Assembly: GCA_964387745.1 (NCBI GenBank) | Contig: CAYLXL010000006.1 | Span: 1-61,348, forward strand | Length of the DNA stretch: 61,348 nucleotides | Source of the DNA: an uncultured Gammaproteobacteria bacterium | GTDB taxonomy: Bacteria > Pseudomonadota > Gammaproteobacteria > JAGOUU01 | Reading direction: 5' to 3' | Shown here: one piece after another, positions 26,800 through 37,185 of the stretch | Layout: the number at the start of each line of letters is the position of its first letter | How positions within the stretch are numbered: position 1 is the stretch's first letter | The notes under the pieces: model-generated | The model's input: only the letters and a program-made list of their open reading frames with translations | Databases searched by the model: none | Told to the model about the DNA's origin: nothing | Translations under genes and position numbers: made by a program

Positions 26800-27933
26800 A
26801 TGTATGGTATTAACGATATGAAGAATGTAACTATTATTGGTTGTGGACATGGCGGGCAAGTATTAGCCTACGATTTGACCAAGAAAGGCTGTAAAGTGAC
26901 TCTAGCAGCCCTACCAGACCATCCAGGGTTTGCGACTGAACTAATAAAAAGTAAACAAATAACCTGCACAGGGATGATTGAGGGCACTACCAGTATCCAT
27001 AATGTCACCACTGATTTAGCCATTGCTTTAAAAGATGCAGAAGTTATTTTTATAGTGGTCCCAAGTTTTGCTCAAGAACAAGTTATTTTAGCCTGTATGC
27101 CTCACCTTCAAGATAACCAATGGATTGTCACTCTAGAGGCTAATTTCTCAAGCCTAGTCTACATGGACTTATTAAAGCGCTTAAACTTTAAAAAGCAGGT
27201 TAATTTTGCAGATATATCAACTCTGCCCTACGCCTGCCGTAGCACTAAACCTGGTGAAGTAGTTATTCTTGGTATCAAGAAAAAAATGGGCATTGCAGCT
27301 ATTCCTGCAGATAAAACAAAGTATGTTGCCGAAGAACTAAACAAAGTCTTTCCTTCACAATTGATGGCTTATAATAATGTCTTAGAAATTGGCTTAAACA
27401 GTTTAAGTGGGATTATTCACCCAGCAGTGACCTTATGTAATGCAGGCCGTATTGGCAAAGAAGAATTTTATTTCTATAAAGAAGGCATATCGCCATCTGT
27501 AGGACATCTATTAGAACAATTAGATTTAGAACGTCGCCAAATCGGTAAATTATATGACCTTGATTTGCCACATTGTATGGTAATTGAAGAAGAGTTCTAT
27601 GGGATTAAATATAATAATATTTATGACTTTTTTTATGAAAGTGAAATCCATTCTGGTACTTTCGCACTTTGTCCTAAATCTTTAAAAGAACGTTATATCT
27701 CACAAGATGTGCCGTATGTATTAGTCCCGTGGTATGCTTTAGGTAAAGCAGTTGGTTATGAAGCTCGTGTTACTAAAAGTCTAATAGATATGGCTTCTGC
27801 TTTAAATGGCGCAAATTATTTAGCTGATGGACGTAATTTAGCTCATATGAACTGTCATGATTTGAATAAACGTGAATTGATTACTTATGCTAACTCAGGC
27901 AATCACTATGGTGAGCATAAATGGGCTGGCTAA
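26800..27933 (+). CDS. NAD(P)-dependent opine (octopine/nopaline) dehydrogenase family protein
   Basis: N-terminal Rossmann motif VTIIGCGHGGQVLAYDL. STLPYACRS matches the conserved opine dehydrogenase hinge motif. An alternative start exists at ATG 26818. Confidence 0.7.
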   Translation: MYGINDMKNVTIIGCGHGGQVLAYDLTKKGCKVTLAALPDHPGFATELIKSKQITCTGMIEGTTSIHNVTTDLAIALKDAEVIFIVVPSFAQEQVILACMPHLQDNQWIVTLEANFSSLVYMDLLKRLNFKKQVNFADISTLPYACRSTKPGEVVILGIKKKMGIAAIPADKTKYVAEELNKVFPSQLMAYNNVLEIGLNSLSGIIHPAVTLCNAGRIGKEEFYFYKEGISPSVGHLLEQLDLERRQIGKLYDLDLPHCMVIEEEFYGIKYNNIYDFFYESEIHSGTFALCPKSLKERYISQDVPYVLVPWYALGKAVGYEARVTKSLIDMASALNGANYLADGRNLAHMNCHDLNKRELITYANSGNHYGEHKWAG

Positions 27934-28793
27934 GTAATTACTGGTTATTAACTTCAATATTAAGCGCAATATTTTTTGCTGTCGCTAGTTTTATTATTAC
28001 TATTGGTGCCAAAAAACATTATTCGATTTCGCAAATGTTAGTAGGTTTGTATATCTCAGGCGCTGTAATGTTTGCTTTTTATATTTCTTTACATAATGGT
28101 TTCAGTATAGATAAACAGACTTTTATGTGGGGGATTATTATTGGTATAGGGTCATCTTTAAGTAATGCTTTTTTTACTTATGCACTCAAACTTGGGCCAG
28201 TGAGCCTAACTGGACCACTAGCCAACACTAATGTTATCTTAGTTATTATCATGTCGGTATTTTATTATGGTGAAATACTAAGCTTACCGCAAATATTGGG
28301 AATTTCTTTACTGCTTTTAGGTTGTTTTTTACTGCCGTTTGATCCCCAAGAGAATAAACATGTAAGAAAAAATATGTGGTTTTTAATTATGTTATTAACT
28401 ATATTTTTTATGTTTTTACTAAATGGCGGCTTGAAAATCACCCGTGAATTATTATTAGATAATAGCCTTGTTTTATTTTACTCTTATATTTTTGCAACAG
28501 TGTTATTTTTTAGCAGTATAGTATTTACGAAACTTTATTCCCCTAGGACTTTTAAGTTTAAATATCAAGCTATAAAGATTGGCTTGCTGGCAGGGGTATT
28601 TTCGTTTCTTGGCTTACAGTCTTATGCTATTGCGTTAGAAGGTGGACCAGCTAGTGTAGTTGTTCCTATTTTCTCATCTCGTAATGCAATAGTAGCAGTA
28701 TTATGCATTTGGTATTTTAAAGAGACATTATCAAGATTTCAGAAGATGGCACTTGCTTCTTTATTGTTTGGTTTGTTGTGTGTGAGTTTTTAG
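27921..28793 (+). CDS. DMT superfamily (EamA-like) transporter
   Basis: Ten hydrophobic helices arranged as two 5-TM halves. Overlaps the dehydrogenase gene by 13 nt. Confidence 0.75.
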   Translation: MGWLSNYWLLTSILSAIFFAVASFIITIGAKKHYSISQMLVGLYISGAVMFAFYISLHNGFSIDKQTFMWGIIIGIGSSLSNAFFTYALKLGPVSLTGPLANTNVILVIIMSVFYYGEILSLPQILGISLLLLGCFLLPFDPQENKHVRKNMWFLIMLLTIFFMFLLNGGLKITRELLLDNSLVLFYSYIFATVLFFSSIVFTKLYSPRTFKFKYQAIKIGLLAGVFSFLGLQSYAIALEGGPASVVVPIFSSRNAIVAVLCIWYFKETLSRFQKMALASLLFGLLCVSF

Positions 28794-28808
28794 AGATTGT
28801 CAGTAAAT

Positions 28809-28887
28809 TGTCATCCAGATCCAGAGCGTAGCGAAGGATCTCAGATTTTTTTTAATCGGAGATTCCTCGCAAAAGCTCAGAATGACA
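28809..28887. repeat. GC-rich palindromic element: inverted pair of about 30-nt units (tgtcatccagatccagagcgtagcgaaggatctc / gagattcctcgcaaaagctcagaatgaca)
   Basis: Read directly. Lies between convergent genes. Same family as 60032..60148. Confidence 0.75.
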
Positions 28888-28892
28888 AAATC

Positions 28893-29480
28893 TTACTTAA
28901 TTTTCGTAAAAGACTTCATCAAGCTTTTGAACTTTTTAATTTTAACTTTTTGATCGCCATCAGAGCTCAATCCTAATAATTCAAGTATAAGACCTTGTGG
29001 TGCAACTCTGACGTGCAATTCTTTATCGTTAGAACCTTTAAAACTTAAAGCAGCATCAGTGACATTAGTATATAGACTCAAGCTGGTATTTTTACTGCCA
29101 TCCAATTCATTTAATGCTACTTTAGCATAATTAGGGAAGCCTGGTGTACCTTCATCTATAAAGAAATATATAGTGTTTTTATCTGACGATAAATATAACT
29201 TACCGGAAACTGGACTACCACCATCATCATCTTCATCAGCGCCGTTTTCATCACTTTCATCATTATCACCAAGATTTAAGTCGAGTTTCGTAAAACTTGT
29301 ATCAGTGGTAACCTGTTTAAACTTTGACTTTAGAGCTTCTGTAGTGTCTTTAGTAATAGCAACTGAGTAAGTTTCAGACTGAAAAAATCTTTCAGTAAGA
29401 TCTGACATAGTCGCTGCATAAGTGAACGGGGATAAACAAAACATCGCGAACGCCGATGCAGTTAATAAGAACTTTTTCAT
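28893..29480 (-). CDS. Hypothetical secreted protein with an acidic DE-rich segment
   Basis: Signal-peptide-like N-terminus MKKFLLTASAFAMFCLSPFTYA. Acidic run DNDESDENGADEDDDGG. Confidence 0.6.
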   Translation of the reverse strand: MKKFLLTASAFAMFCLSPFTYAATMSDLTERFFQSETYSVAITKDTTEALKSKFKQVTTDTSFTKLDLNLGDNDESDENGADEDDDGGSPVSGKLYLSSDKNTIYFFIDEGTPGFPNYAKVALNELDGSKNTSLSLYTNVTDAALSFKGSNDKELHVRVAPQGLILELLGLSSDGDQKVKIKKFKSLMKSFTKIK

Positions 29481-29675
29481 AATTACTTCCTTATATGAAT
29501 TTATAATATGTATAATTTAAATCAGTATTAAAATATTATTAATAATATTGATACTCGATCATCCTAAAGCAACTAGATAAAAAATCAATATGTTAGTTTC
29601 AAAATTTGCTTTTAGATTTTTTAGAACGGTCGACAAACTTATGCCGACCTTTAAGATTTTGAGATTTGCAGGGTT

Positions 29676-30026
29676 CTACTTTCTCAATCCTTTATTTTTA
29701 GATTTGTCAGGTTCAACTTTATTTGTTTTTCTTGAGTTATCTAAAGCTGCCTCATATTCATCCCTAACTGCAAAGTAATTATCTACGTACCCATGGTAAC
29801 CATCCAACCAGGCTTTATAATCAGGGTCATTTCTATAACCATCAAGCTTATTGTTGGCATCTGTAGTGCTACGATGATCTTCAAGCCATGTTTTATAGTC
29901 AGGACAATTTTTATTACCCTGTTTATCGTCCCGCTCGCTAGTATAATACCCAGCCAACCATTGCTCCATATATTGATCTTGAGTACTATAAATTAACCGA
30001 TAATACTTCTCTTCATTCTTGTCCAT
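29676..30026 (-). CDS. Hypothetical small protein with three WL(A/E/D)G(Y/H) repeats (PDYKTWLEDH / PDYKAWLDGYH)
   Basis: Internal repeat read from the translation. No known family recognised. Confidence 0.45.
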   Translation of the reverse strand: MDKNEEKYYRLIYSTQDQYMEQWLAGYYTSERDDKQGNKNCPDYKTWLEDHRSTTDANNKLDGYRNDPDYKAWLDGYHGYVDNYFAVRDEYEAALDNSRKTNKVEPDKSKNKGLRK

Positions 30027-30402
30027 TTCGTCTCCAATTACTGATTGTATAGGTACTAATATTTATTATTAACAGCATTACAGCCATCTATATTAAAAAG
30101 TACAGCTCACATCATTAATGCAAACGCGAACAGATCAAACAAATTATTGAATCAGCGTTTTATATCATTCTAGAATACGCCGGTCTTATAGTTAAATAAA
30201 TCACATTAGTCTAAAGATAATGTGAGTAAATACTCTTACGATTTATAAGAAGTTCGATCAGAAGTTAAGTGTTTTGATCGAGTTTGATCAAGGATTTAAG
30301 CTAGAAACCCGTAAGAAGTTGCCCTGTAGTAACTACAGATCTAAGCCTGGGAATTAAAGGCCCCCACCGCTTCGCGGCGAGAGCTTTTTTGTTCCCAGAA
30401 CG

Positions 30403-30431
30403 AAAAATCCCGGCACTATGTCCGGGATTTT
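30403..30431. terminator. Rho-independent terminator after rplQ (aaaaatcccggcactatgtccgggatttt), usable on both strands
   Basis: GC-rich hairpin flanked by an A-run and a T-run, 27 nt beyond the rplQ stop. Confidence 0.85.
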
Positions 30432-30457
30432 AATTAATTTCTTGCTGATCTAGAAGA

Positions 30458-30835
30458 TTAAGCTGCAGACTGATCCGATTGTCTATCAACTAATTGAATG
30501 ATAGCCATTGGAGCAGCATCGCATTTTCTAAAACCATACTTTAATACTCTTACATAACCACCTGGGCGAGTCTTAAAATGAGGTCCTAATTCAGAAAATA
30601 GTTTACCTACTGCTGATTTGCTTTGTAATCTATCAAAAGCTAATCTACGGTTTGCTACAGAATCAACTTTAGCAAGAGTGATTAGTCTTTCAGCTACTCT
30701 TCTTAATTCTTTAGCTTTTGGTAAGGTTGTTTTTATAGTTTCATGTTCGAATAATGAAACCGCCATGTTTTTGAACATTGCTTTACGGTGAGAACTGTTT
30801 CTATTTAGTTTTCGACCACTTTTATTATGACGCAT
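30458..30835 (-). CDS. rplQ: 50S ribosomal protein L17
   Basis: [20 protein letters not shown] start; last gene of the alpha operon. Confidence 0.97.
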   Translation of the reverse strand: MRHNKSGRKLNRNSSHRKAMFKNMAVSLFEHETIKTTLPKAKELRRVAERLITLAKVDSVANRRLAFDRLQSKSAVGKLFSELGPHFKTRPGGYVRVLKYGFRKCDAAPMAIIQLVDRQSDQSAA

Positions 30836-30871
30836 TGTCTGTACCCTATATTTAAATCTATCTTATGTTTA

Positions 30872-31864
30872 TTACTTACGATCTGCTGGCGGCCAATTGT
30901 CAATATGCATGCCCAAGCTTAGATTTTTTGATGATAATAATTCTTTAATTTCATTTAAAGATTTTTTACCTAAATTAGGTGTTTTCAGTAGTTCGTTTTC
31001 AGTTCTTTTAACCAAATCACCCAAATAATAAATATTTTCAGCTTTTAGGCAGTTTGCCGATCTTACAGTAAGATCTAATTCATCAATAGTCTGCAATAGT
31101 GCAGGATCAATTAACGCTTCAGGAGCTTTAACCGTTTCCTCAGCTACCGTTTTAATATCAACAAATACTGATAACTGATCTTTAAGAATTGCTGCAGCGA
31201 AGTTGATAGCATCTTCTGGATCAATAGTACCGTTAGTTTCAATATCGATAATGAGTTTATCGAGATTAGTCCTTTGTTCAACACGTGCATTTTCAACAGT
31301 GTAAGTAACACGATTTACTGGTGTAAATGTAGCATCCAATTTTAATGTACCGATTTGGACAGTATCAGATGAAAGTTGATCGGTAATTACATTAGATGAA
31401 GGCACGTAACCAATACCACGCTTAACTTTAAGCTTCATAGAAAGCTTGCCGTTATTTGCTAAGGTAGTAATAACTTGTTCAGGATTTACTAACTCAACAT
31501 CACCTTCTAATTTAATGTCAGCACCTGTGACCACGCCCGGAGTATCTTTTTTGATGGTAACAGTAACTTCATCACGGCCTTTTAAGATAAATGCCAATTT
31601 CTTAATATTCAATATAATTTGAATAACATCGTCTTGAACACCTTCTATAGTGCTGTACTCATGTAAAACACCATCGATTTCTAGCTCCGTCACTGCAGCG
31701 CCTGGCATAGATGACAACAATGTACGTCGTAATGCATTACCGAAGGTATGAGCAAAACCACGTTCAAACGGTTCAAGCACAATACGTGATCGGTGACCAC
31801 TAATAAATTTCTCTACTTTTACGTTTGGTTTTAAAAAGTCATTTACCGATGCTGGTAACATCAT
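30872..31864 (-). CDS. rpoA: DNA-directed RNA polymerase subunit alpha
   Basis: The translation is unmistakably RpoA. The start is placed at ATG 31864, 8 nt after a GAGGG Shine-Dalgarno sequence; the ORF track opens at TTG 31879. Confidence 0.96.
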   Translation of the reverse strand: MMLPASVNDFLKPNVKVEKFISGHRSRIVLEPFERGFAHTFGNALRRTLLSSMPGAAVTELEIDGVLHEYSTIEGVQDDVIQIILNIKKLAFILKGRDEVTVTIKKDTPGVVTGADIKLEGDVELVNPEQVITTLANNGKLSMKLKVKRGIGYVPSSNVITDQLSSDTVQIGTLKLDATFTPVNRVTYTVENARVEQRTNLDKLIIDIETNGTIDPEDAINFAAAILKDQLSVFVDIKTVAEETVKAPEALIDPALLQTIDELDLTVRSANCLKAENIYYLGDLVKRTENELLKTPNLGKKSLNEIKELLSSKNLSLGMHIDNWPPADRK

Positions 31865-31882
31865 TAGCAGTGCCCTCAATAA

Positions 31883-32509
31883 TTATTTAGAATATAGCTC
31901 AACAACTAGATGTGGTTGTAAAGTTGATGATAATTCTTTAATATCTGGTTTTTGTTTATACATAGCAGTTAGCTTATTTACATTTACATCAATCCACTCT
32001 GGGAATTGACGCTCTTCAGCAAACTTCACAGAAGCTTTTACTCTTAACTGATTAGCAGCGTCTTCCGAAAGTGAAATCTCGTCGCCAGCTTTAACTTCAT
32101 AGCTTGGAATGTTTACTAGTTTGCCATTTACTCTAATTGCATTATGTCTTACTAATTGTCTTGCTTCTGACTTTGAAACGCCGAAGCCACTTCTGTAGAC
32201 GACGTTATCTAATCTTGCTTCAAGAAGCTGTAACAAGTTTTCACCTGTAGCACCACGGCGACGTTCAGCTTCTTTATAAATTTTTCTAAACTGTACTTCA
32301 CCAATGTGACCATAGGTTGTACGCATAGACTGCTTAGCTCTTAACTGACCTACATAGTCACCAGTTCTTGGTCTTTTTGTACCATGTTGTCCTGGGCGAG
32401 TACTTTTCTTCTCAATAGCACATTTACTTGTATAACATTTAGTGCCTTTTAAAAACAACTTTTCACCTTCGCGGCGGCACAATCTACAAACTGGTCCTGT
32501 ATATCTCAC
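31883..32509 (-). CDS. rpsD: 30S ribosomal protein S4
   Basis: MRYTGPVCRLCRREG start; alpha operon order. Confidence 0.97.
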   Translation of the reverse strand: MRYTGPVCRLCRREGEKLFLKGTKCYTSKCAIEKKSTRPGQHGTKRPRTGDYVGQLRAKQSMRTTYGHIGEVQFRKIYKEAERRRGATGENLLQLLEARLDNVVYRSGFGVSKSEARQLVRHNAIRVNGKLVNIPSYEVKAGDEISLSEDAANQLRVKASVKFAEERQFPEWIDVNVNKLTAMYKQKPDIKELSSTLQPHLVVELYSK

Positions 32510-32530
32510 AGTAATATCTCCAAAAAACTA

Positions 32531-32929
32531 CTAACTACGACGTTCTTTTTCAGCACGGCACCCATTATGTGGGATTGGCGTGATGTCTAATAATTCAATA
32601 ACTCGGCCAAACTCTCCAAGAGCACGAACCGCTGACTCGCGACCTGGTCCTGGTCCTTTTACTTTCACAGTAAGGTTTTTTATTCCATACTGGCTTGCAG
32701 TATTCATAGCGTTTCTTGTTGCCACTTGAGCTGCGTAAGGAGTACTTTTGCGAGAGCCACGGAAACCTGAGCCACCTGCCGTAGACCATGCTAGAACATT
32801 GCCCTGCATATCTGTAACGGTTACTATAGTATTGTTGAAGCTAGCGTTAATATTTACTACAGCATCAAGCACATTTGCTCTAATTTTTTTCTTTACTTTA
32901 GTAGCAGTATTTTTATCTGGTCGACTCAT
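32531..32929 (-). CDS. rpsK: 30S ribosomal protein S11
   Basis: Translation and operon position. Confidence 0.97.
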   Translation of the reverse strand: MSRPDKNTATKVKKKIRANVLDAVVNINASFNNTIVTVTDMQGNVLAWSTAGGSGFRGSRKSTPYAAQVATRNAMNTASQYGIKNLTVKVKGPGPGRESAVRALGEFGRVIELLDITPIPHNGCRAEKERRS

Positions 32930-32972
32930 GTTTGGTTTTACTCTCTAACAATTACGTTATCTGATTATTAAG

Positions 32973-33323
32973 TTATTTTTTGCCACCACGTTTTTTACGT
33001 GTTTTAGCATTGGTTCTAGTTCTTTGACCACGACATGGTAGATTCATTCTATGTCTTCTACCGCGGTAAGCAGAGATATCCATAAGTCGTTTAATATTCA
33101 TTGAAACAGTACGTCTGAGATCGCCTTCGATTTCAAACCCAGTGACTGCTGCTCTTATTAAATCTTCTTCTTTTTCTGTTAAATCAGCTGCTTTTCTTGA
33201 GGGATCTATACCAAGCTCGCGGCATATTTTAAGTGCCCTGCTTCTACCTATACCATATACGGCTGTTAGCCCTATTTCTAAGTGCTTTTTTGGCGGTATG
33301 TTTACCCCTGCTATACGAAGCAT
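32973..33323 (-). CDS. rpsM: 30S ribosomal protein S13
   Basis: [10 protein letters not shown] start and operon position. Confidence 0.97.
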   Translation of the reverse strand: MLRIAGVNIPPKKHLEIGLTAVYGIGRSRALKICRELGIDPSRKAADLTEKEEDLIRAAVTGFEIEGDLRRTVSMNIKRLMDISAYRGRRHRMNLPCRGQRTRTNAKTRKKRGGKK

Positions 33324-33495
33324 TAAGTGACTCCTAAGTGTTTATTATTATTCAAACAAAACAAAAATGAGTATCAGACTATAATATATGTAAATAGTAA
33401 ATATATAGTCGCAATACTTATTAAGTTGCTATTTTATATAGTTGTTGAGACTTAATCAATAGCAAACTTAATTTATCATTTCACGAAATTGATTA

Positions 33496-33609
33496 TTACC
33501 CTTGTTTTTGATTATGACGTTGTTCGCTACAAATCACTCTAACATGACGATGTCTTTTGATAATCTTACATTTTTTACAACGTACTTTTACTGATGCTTT
33601 TACTTTCAT
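33496..33609 (-). CDS. rpmJ: 50S ribosomal protein L36 (zinc-ribbon form)
   Basis: Hand-translated: [37 protein letters not shown]. Too short for the ORF track. Lies between secY and rpsM as expected. Confidence 0.93.
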   Translation of the reverse strand: MKVKASVKVRCKKCKIIKRHRHVRVICSEQRHNQKQG

Positions 33610-33655
33610 AAACGTAACCTATTGATTTACTACATTAATAATTTATTCTAATATT

Positions 33656-34969
33656 TTACCTGGCTGGCAAGCCACGTAAGTTTGCTTTTTTCATTAAACT
33701 TGCGTATTGCTGGCTCATTAAATGAGACTGTACCTGTGCCCAAAAGTCCATTATTACTACAACCACGATCAACAATGAGGTGCCACCGAAATAAAACGGT
33801 ACTTGCCATGCATAATTCATAATCTCAGGAACCAAGCACACGGCTACTAAATATACGGCACCTATTGCTGTTAATCTAGTCATAACTTTGTCAATGTACT
33901 CAGCAGTTTGTTTACCTGGACGTATTGCAGGCAACATTGCCCCTGACTTTTTAAGGTTTTCAGCCGTTTCTGTTGGATTAAAGACTAAAGCCGTATAAAA
34001 AAAACAGAAGAATATTATGGCCACACACATGAAAAACAAGTAAAGTGGTTGACCCGGCGATAACAACAGGCTTATATTAGCTAATATGCCTGACTCTCCA
34101 GAGGCAAAAAAGGAGCTTATCGTCGCTGGAAACAATAATATACTTGAAGCAAATATTGGTGGAATAACCCCTGCCATATTAATCTTTAATGGTAAATGGC
34201 TAGTCTGACCACCCATAATTTTTCTACCTTGCTGTCTACGAGCATAATTTACCGTAATACGTCTTTGTGCTCTCTCAACAAAGACTACAAAAGCAATAAT
34301 CGCCAGCATAAATAAGAAGATTAAAATGGCCTGTATAAACAATATGTCTCCATCGCGTATACGATCTAAAACTCTAATTACCGTCGATGGCAGATTAGCG
34401 GCTATTCCTGAAAAGATAATAAGTGATATACCATTTCCTATACCGCGCTCTGTCATCTGTTCGCCTAGCCAGACTAAAAACATTGTACCCGTGACTAAAG
34501 TCACCACTGTAGTAAAATAATAGCCATAACCTGTAAACAGTGAAATATTTTCAGCTGCTAAATATCTAGCCATACCTAAAGCTTGGAAGGAAGCGATAAG
34601 CAACGTTCCATATCTGGTATATTGTTTAATTAAACGCTTACCATGCTCACCTTCTTTTTTTAATTCCATAAGTTTAGGATGAACAGAACTTAAAAGCTGT
34701 ATAACTATAGACGCTGAAATATACGGCATTATCCCCAATGAGAACAATGTAAAACGCTGTAATGCACCACCAGAAAACATGTTAAACAAACCAAAAATAG
34801 TATTTTTGCTCTGATTAAATAATTGAGCGAGTTTCACAGGGTCCATACCAGGGACAGGTATATGCGCACCTACTCTGTAAACGAACAAAGCAGCTAGTAC
34901 ATATACTAAACGTCTAATCAGTTCGTTATAGCCAGAAGCATTTTGGCTACTATGATTTTTAGTTTGCAT
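33656..34969 (-). CDS. secY: Preprotein translocase subunit SecY
   Basis: Ten-TM protein; the translation is typical SecY; end of the spc operon. Confidence 0.97.
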   Translation of the reverse strand: MQTKNHSSQNASGYNELIRRLVYVLAALFVYRVGAHIPVPGMDPVKLAQLFNQSKNTIFGLFNMFSGGALQRFTLFSLGIMPYISASIVIQLLSSVHPKLMELKKEGEHGKRLIKQYTRYGTLLIASFQALGMARYLAAENISLFTGYGYYFTTVVTLVTGTMFLVWLGEQMTERGIGNGISLIIFSGIAANLPSTVIRVLDRIRDGDILFIQAILIFLFMLAIIAFVVFVERAQRRITVNYARRQQGRKIMGGQTSHLPLKINMAGVIPPIFASSILLFPATISSFFASGESGILANISLLLSPGQPLYLFFMCVAIIFFCFFYTALVFNPTETAENLKKSGAMLPAIRPGKQTAEYIDKVMTRLTAIGAVYLVAVCLVPEIMNYAWQVPFYFGGTSLLIVVVVIMDFWAQVQSHLMSQQYASLMKKANLRGLPAR

Positions 34970-35022
34970 TAAACTTAACGTCCCTTAGTCTATTGTTATT
35001 TTCGCTCAGTTAATAGTCGGCA

Positions 35023-35463
35023 CTACTCAACTTTACCACCGGCATTAACTATTAAGGTTTTAGCACCTTCAGACACTCTAATTTCTTCGCTAATGATTAC
35101 ATTTAAAGGCTTGGTAACTTCGCCATTGGCAAATATTTTTACAAACTTTGTATTACGCTTAATTAAATTAGACATTTTCAAAGTATCTAATGTAATTTCA
35201 TTAGCATCTAAATTGATTAAATCACCTGATCTTAACTGTTCAGTGAGTAAACCACTAATAGATTTGAAACCGAACTTCGGTAAACGACGGTGTAATGGAT
35301 TTTGACCACCTTCGAAACCTCGTCTAGGGTTACCGCTCTTACGAGCTTTCTGACCTTTATGACCTTTACCAGAAGTTTTACCTAAACCACTTCCGATACC
35401 ACGTCCTAATCTTGTTTTTGCTATTTTTGAACCTTCAGCTGGTGATATTGAATTTAATTTCAT
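35023..35463 (-). CDS. rplO: 50S ribosomal protein L15
   Basis: Translation and operon position. Confidence 0.97.
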   Translation of the reverse strand: MKLNSISPAEGSKIAKTRLGRGIGSGLGKTSGKGHKGQKARKSGNPRRGFEGGQNPLHRRLPKFGFKSISGLLTEQLRSGDLINLDANEITLDTLKMSNLIKRNTKFVKIFANGEVTKPLNVIISEEIRVSEGAKTLIVNAGGKVE

Positions 35464-35666
35464 TATACTTCTTTTACCTCTACAAGATAATCTATAACAT
35501 TAATCATACCAGCGATTGGTGCCGTATAGTTATGTTCTATGGTGCTATGTAATTTGCGCAAGCCCAATGCTTTAATTGTATCAATATGTTGTTGCTTACG
35601 GCCGATTAAACTTTTAACTAATTTAATACGGACTTTTTTGTTTTCTGCTTTAGCTTTTTTAGTCAT
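35463..35666 (-). CDS. rpmD: 50S ribosomal protein L30
   Basis: Translation. The start is placed at ATG 35666, next to the rpsE stop. Confidence 0.93.
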   Translation of the reverse strand: MTKKAKAENKKVRIKLVKSLIGRKQQHIDTIKALGLRKLHSTIEHNYTAPIAGMINVIDYLVEVKEV

Positions 35667-35667
35667 T

Positions 35668-36183
35668 CTATTCACCTGCTGCAACTAGTTGATCCACGCT
35701 AATTCCGCGCTTATTAGCAACATGATTAGGTGTTTCAGTAGATTTAAGACCATTTATTGTTGCAAGTACAACGTTAACCGGATTAGTCGAACCTATACAT
35801 TTTGCAAGTACATTTGTAACGCCTAATACTTCAAATACAGCACGCATTGCACCACCTGCGATTACACCACTACCTTGGCTTGCAGGTTGCATGATAACTT
35901 TAGATGCACCATGTCTAGAAATAATTGGGTGGTATAATGTACCATCGTTAAGCTCTATGCGCACCATATTTTTACGGGCTGCTTCTAAAGCTTTTTGAAT
36001 AGCTGCCGGAACTTCACGTGCTTTACCACGTCCAACACCAATTTTACCTTTACCATCGCCAACAACTACCATTGCAGCAAAACTAAATATTCTACCGCCT
36101 TTAACAACTTTAGCGTTTCTGTTGACAGTAATTAACTTTTCGAAAATTCCGTCGCTTTTTGTATTCTGATCGAAACCTGACAT
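35668..36183 (-). CDS. rpsE: 30S ribosomal protein S5
   Basis: Translation and operon position. Confidence 0.97.
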   Translation of the reverse strand: MSGFDQNTKSDGIFEKLITVNRNAKVVKGGRIFSFAAMVVVGDGKGKIGVGRGKAREVPAAIQKALEAARKNMVRIELNDGTLYHPIISRHGASKVIMQPASQGSGVIAGGAMRAVFEVLGVTNVLAKCIGSTNPVNVVLATINGLKSTETPNHVANKRGISVDQLVAAGE

Positions 36184-36191
36184 ATTATCTC

Positions 36192-36557
36192 CTAAAACTG
36201 TAGACCAGCTTCTCTAGCTGCATCAGCTAGTGCTTTTATTCTGCCGTGGTATTTATTACCAGAGCGATCAAAGGCGATTGAATCAATACCTTGATTTTTT
36301 GCCCGTTGTGCGATTAATTGACCAATCTTTTTGGCAGATTCAACGTTACCAGAATAAGTATCCATTCCAGCTCTGATTTCTTTATCAACAGTTGAAGCTG
36401 AAACAACTACGGTATCACTTACGCCTGGCTTAATAATTTGCGCATAGATATGTTTACTAGTTCTAGTTACTACTAAACGTAATACGTTTTGATGTTTAAT
36501 CTTAGCACGAGTTTTTTTTGCTCTTTTAAGACGTTTTAACTTTTTTTGAAATTGCAT
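36192..36557 (-). CDS. rplR: 50S ribosomal protein L18
   Basis: Translation and operon position. Confidence 0.97.
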   Translation of the reverse strand: MQFQKKLKRLKRAKKTRAKIKHQNVLRLVVTRTSKHIYAQIIKPGVSDTVVVSASTVDKEIRAGMDTYSGNVESAKKIGQLIAQRAKNQGIDSIAFDRSGNKYHGRIKALADAAREAGLQF

Positions 36558-36599
36558 TTCTATTCACCAGTTATTGCGTAATTTAAATTAATTATTCAC

Positions 36600-37136
36600 T
36601 TATTTTTTCTTAGTTTCTTTAATTTCGATAACTTCATCAGAGTACTTAACACCCTTACCTTTATATGGTTCTGGTGGTCTAAACGCTCTGATTTTAGCAG
36701 CAACTTGACCAACTGCTTGCTTATCTTTGCCCTTGATAACAATCTCAGTTTGAGCTGGTACCTCTATTGTTACTCCTTCTGGCGGAGTAAATTCAACAGG
36801 GTGAGAGAAACCTAAACTTAAACTAAGAGCCTTACCTTTTAATGCGGCACGATAACCAACACCTACCAATAATAACTTTCTTTCGAAGCCTTTAGTAACA
36901 CCTTTTAACATATTGTTAATGTTTGCGCAGGTTGCACCTATGATAGACTTTGTTCTTTTATCATTACTTTGAGATGTGATAGTTATCTTTTTATCTACAC
37001 ATGTCATTTCAAGTGCTTGATCAACGTCTAACACCATTTCGTTGTTGCCGGACTTAATAGTAAGCTTATTTGATGCAAAGCTTACATCTACTTTATCTGG
37101 AACACTTATAGGCTTTTTTGCAGTTCTTAGGCTCAT
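36600..37136 (-). CDS. rplF: 50S ribosomal protein L6
   Basis: Translation and operon position. Confidence 0.97.
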   Translation of the reverse strand: MSLRTAKKPISVPDKVDVSFASNKLTIKSGNNEMVLDVDQALEMTCVDKKITITSQSNDKRTKSIIGATCANINNMLKGVTKGFERKLLLVGVGYRAALKGKALSLSLGFSHPVEFTPPEGVTIEVPAQTEIVIKGKDKQAVGQVAAKIRAFRPPEPYKGKGVKYSDEVIEIKETKKK

Positions 37137-37185
37137 TATATATTCTCGTTAAATTAATCTATATTAAGATGTACAGCATGTCTTC

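Noticed and set aside
30347-30399. GC-rich stem-loop (ctgggaa...ttcccag) considered as a tRNA fragment or att site
   Set aside because: It has no T-loop (GTTCGA) or anticodon-arm features and no integrase nearby. It is kept only as part of the candidate sRNA region.
33324-33495. 172-bp gap between rpmJ and rpsM considered anomalous
   Set aside because: A gap of comparable size exists in E. coli, where it holds the alpha-operon promoter and the S4 translational operator. This is ordinary.
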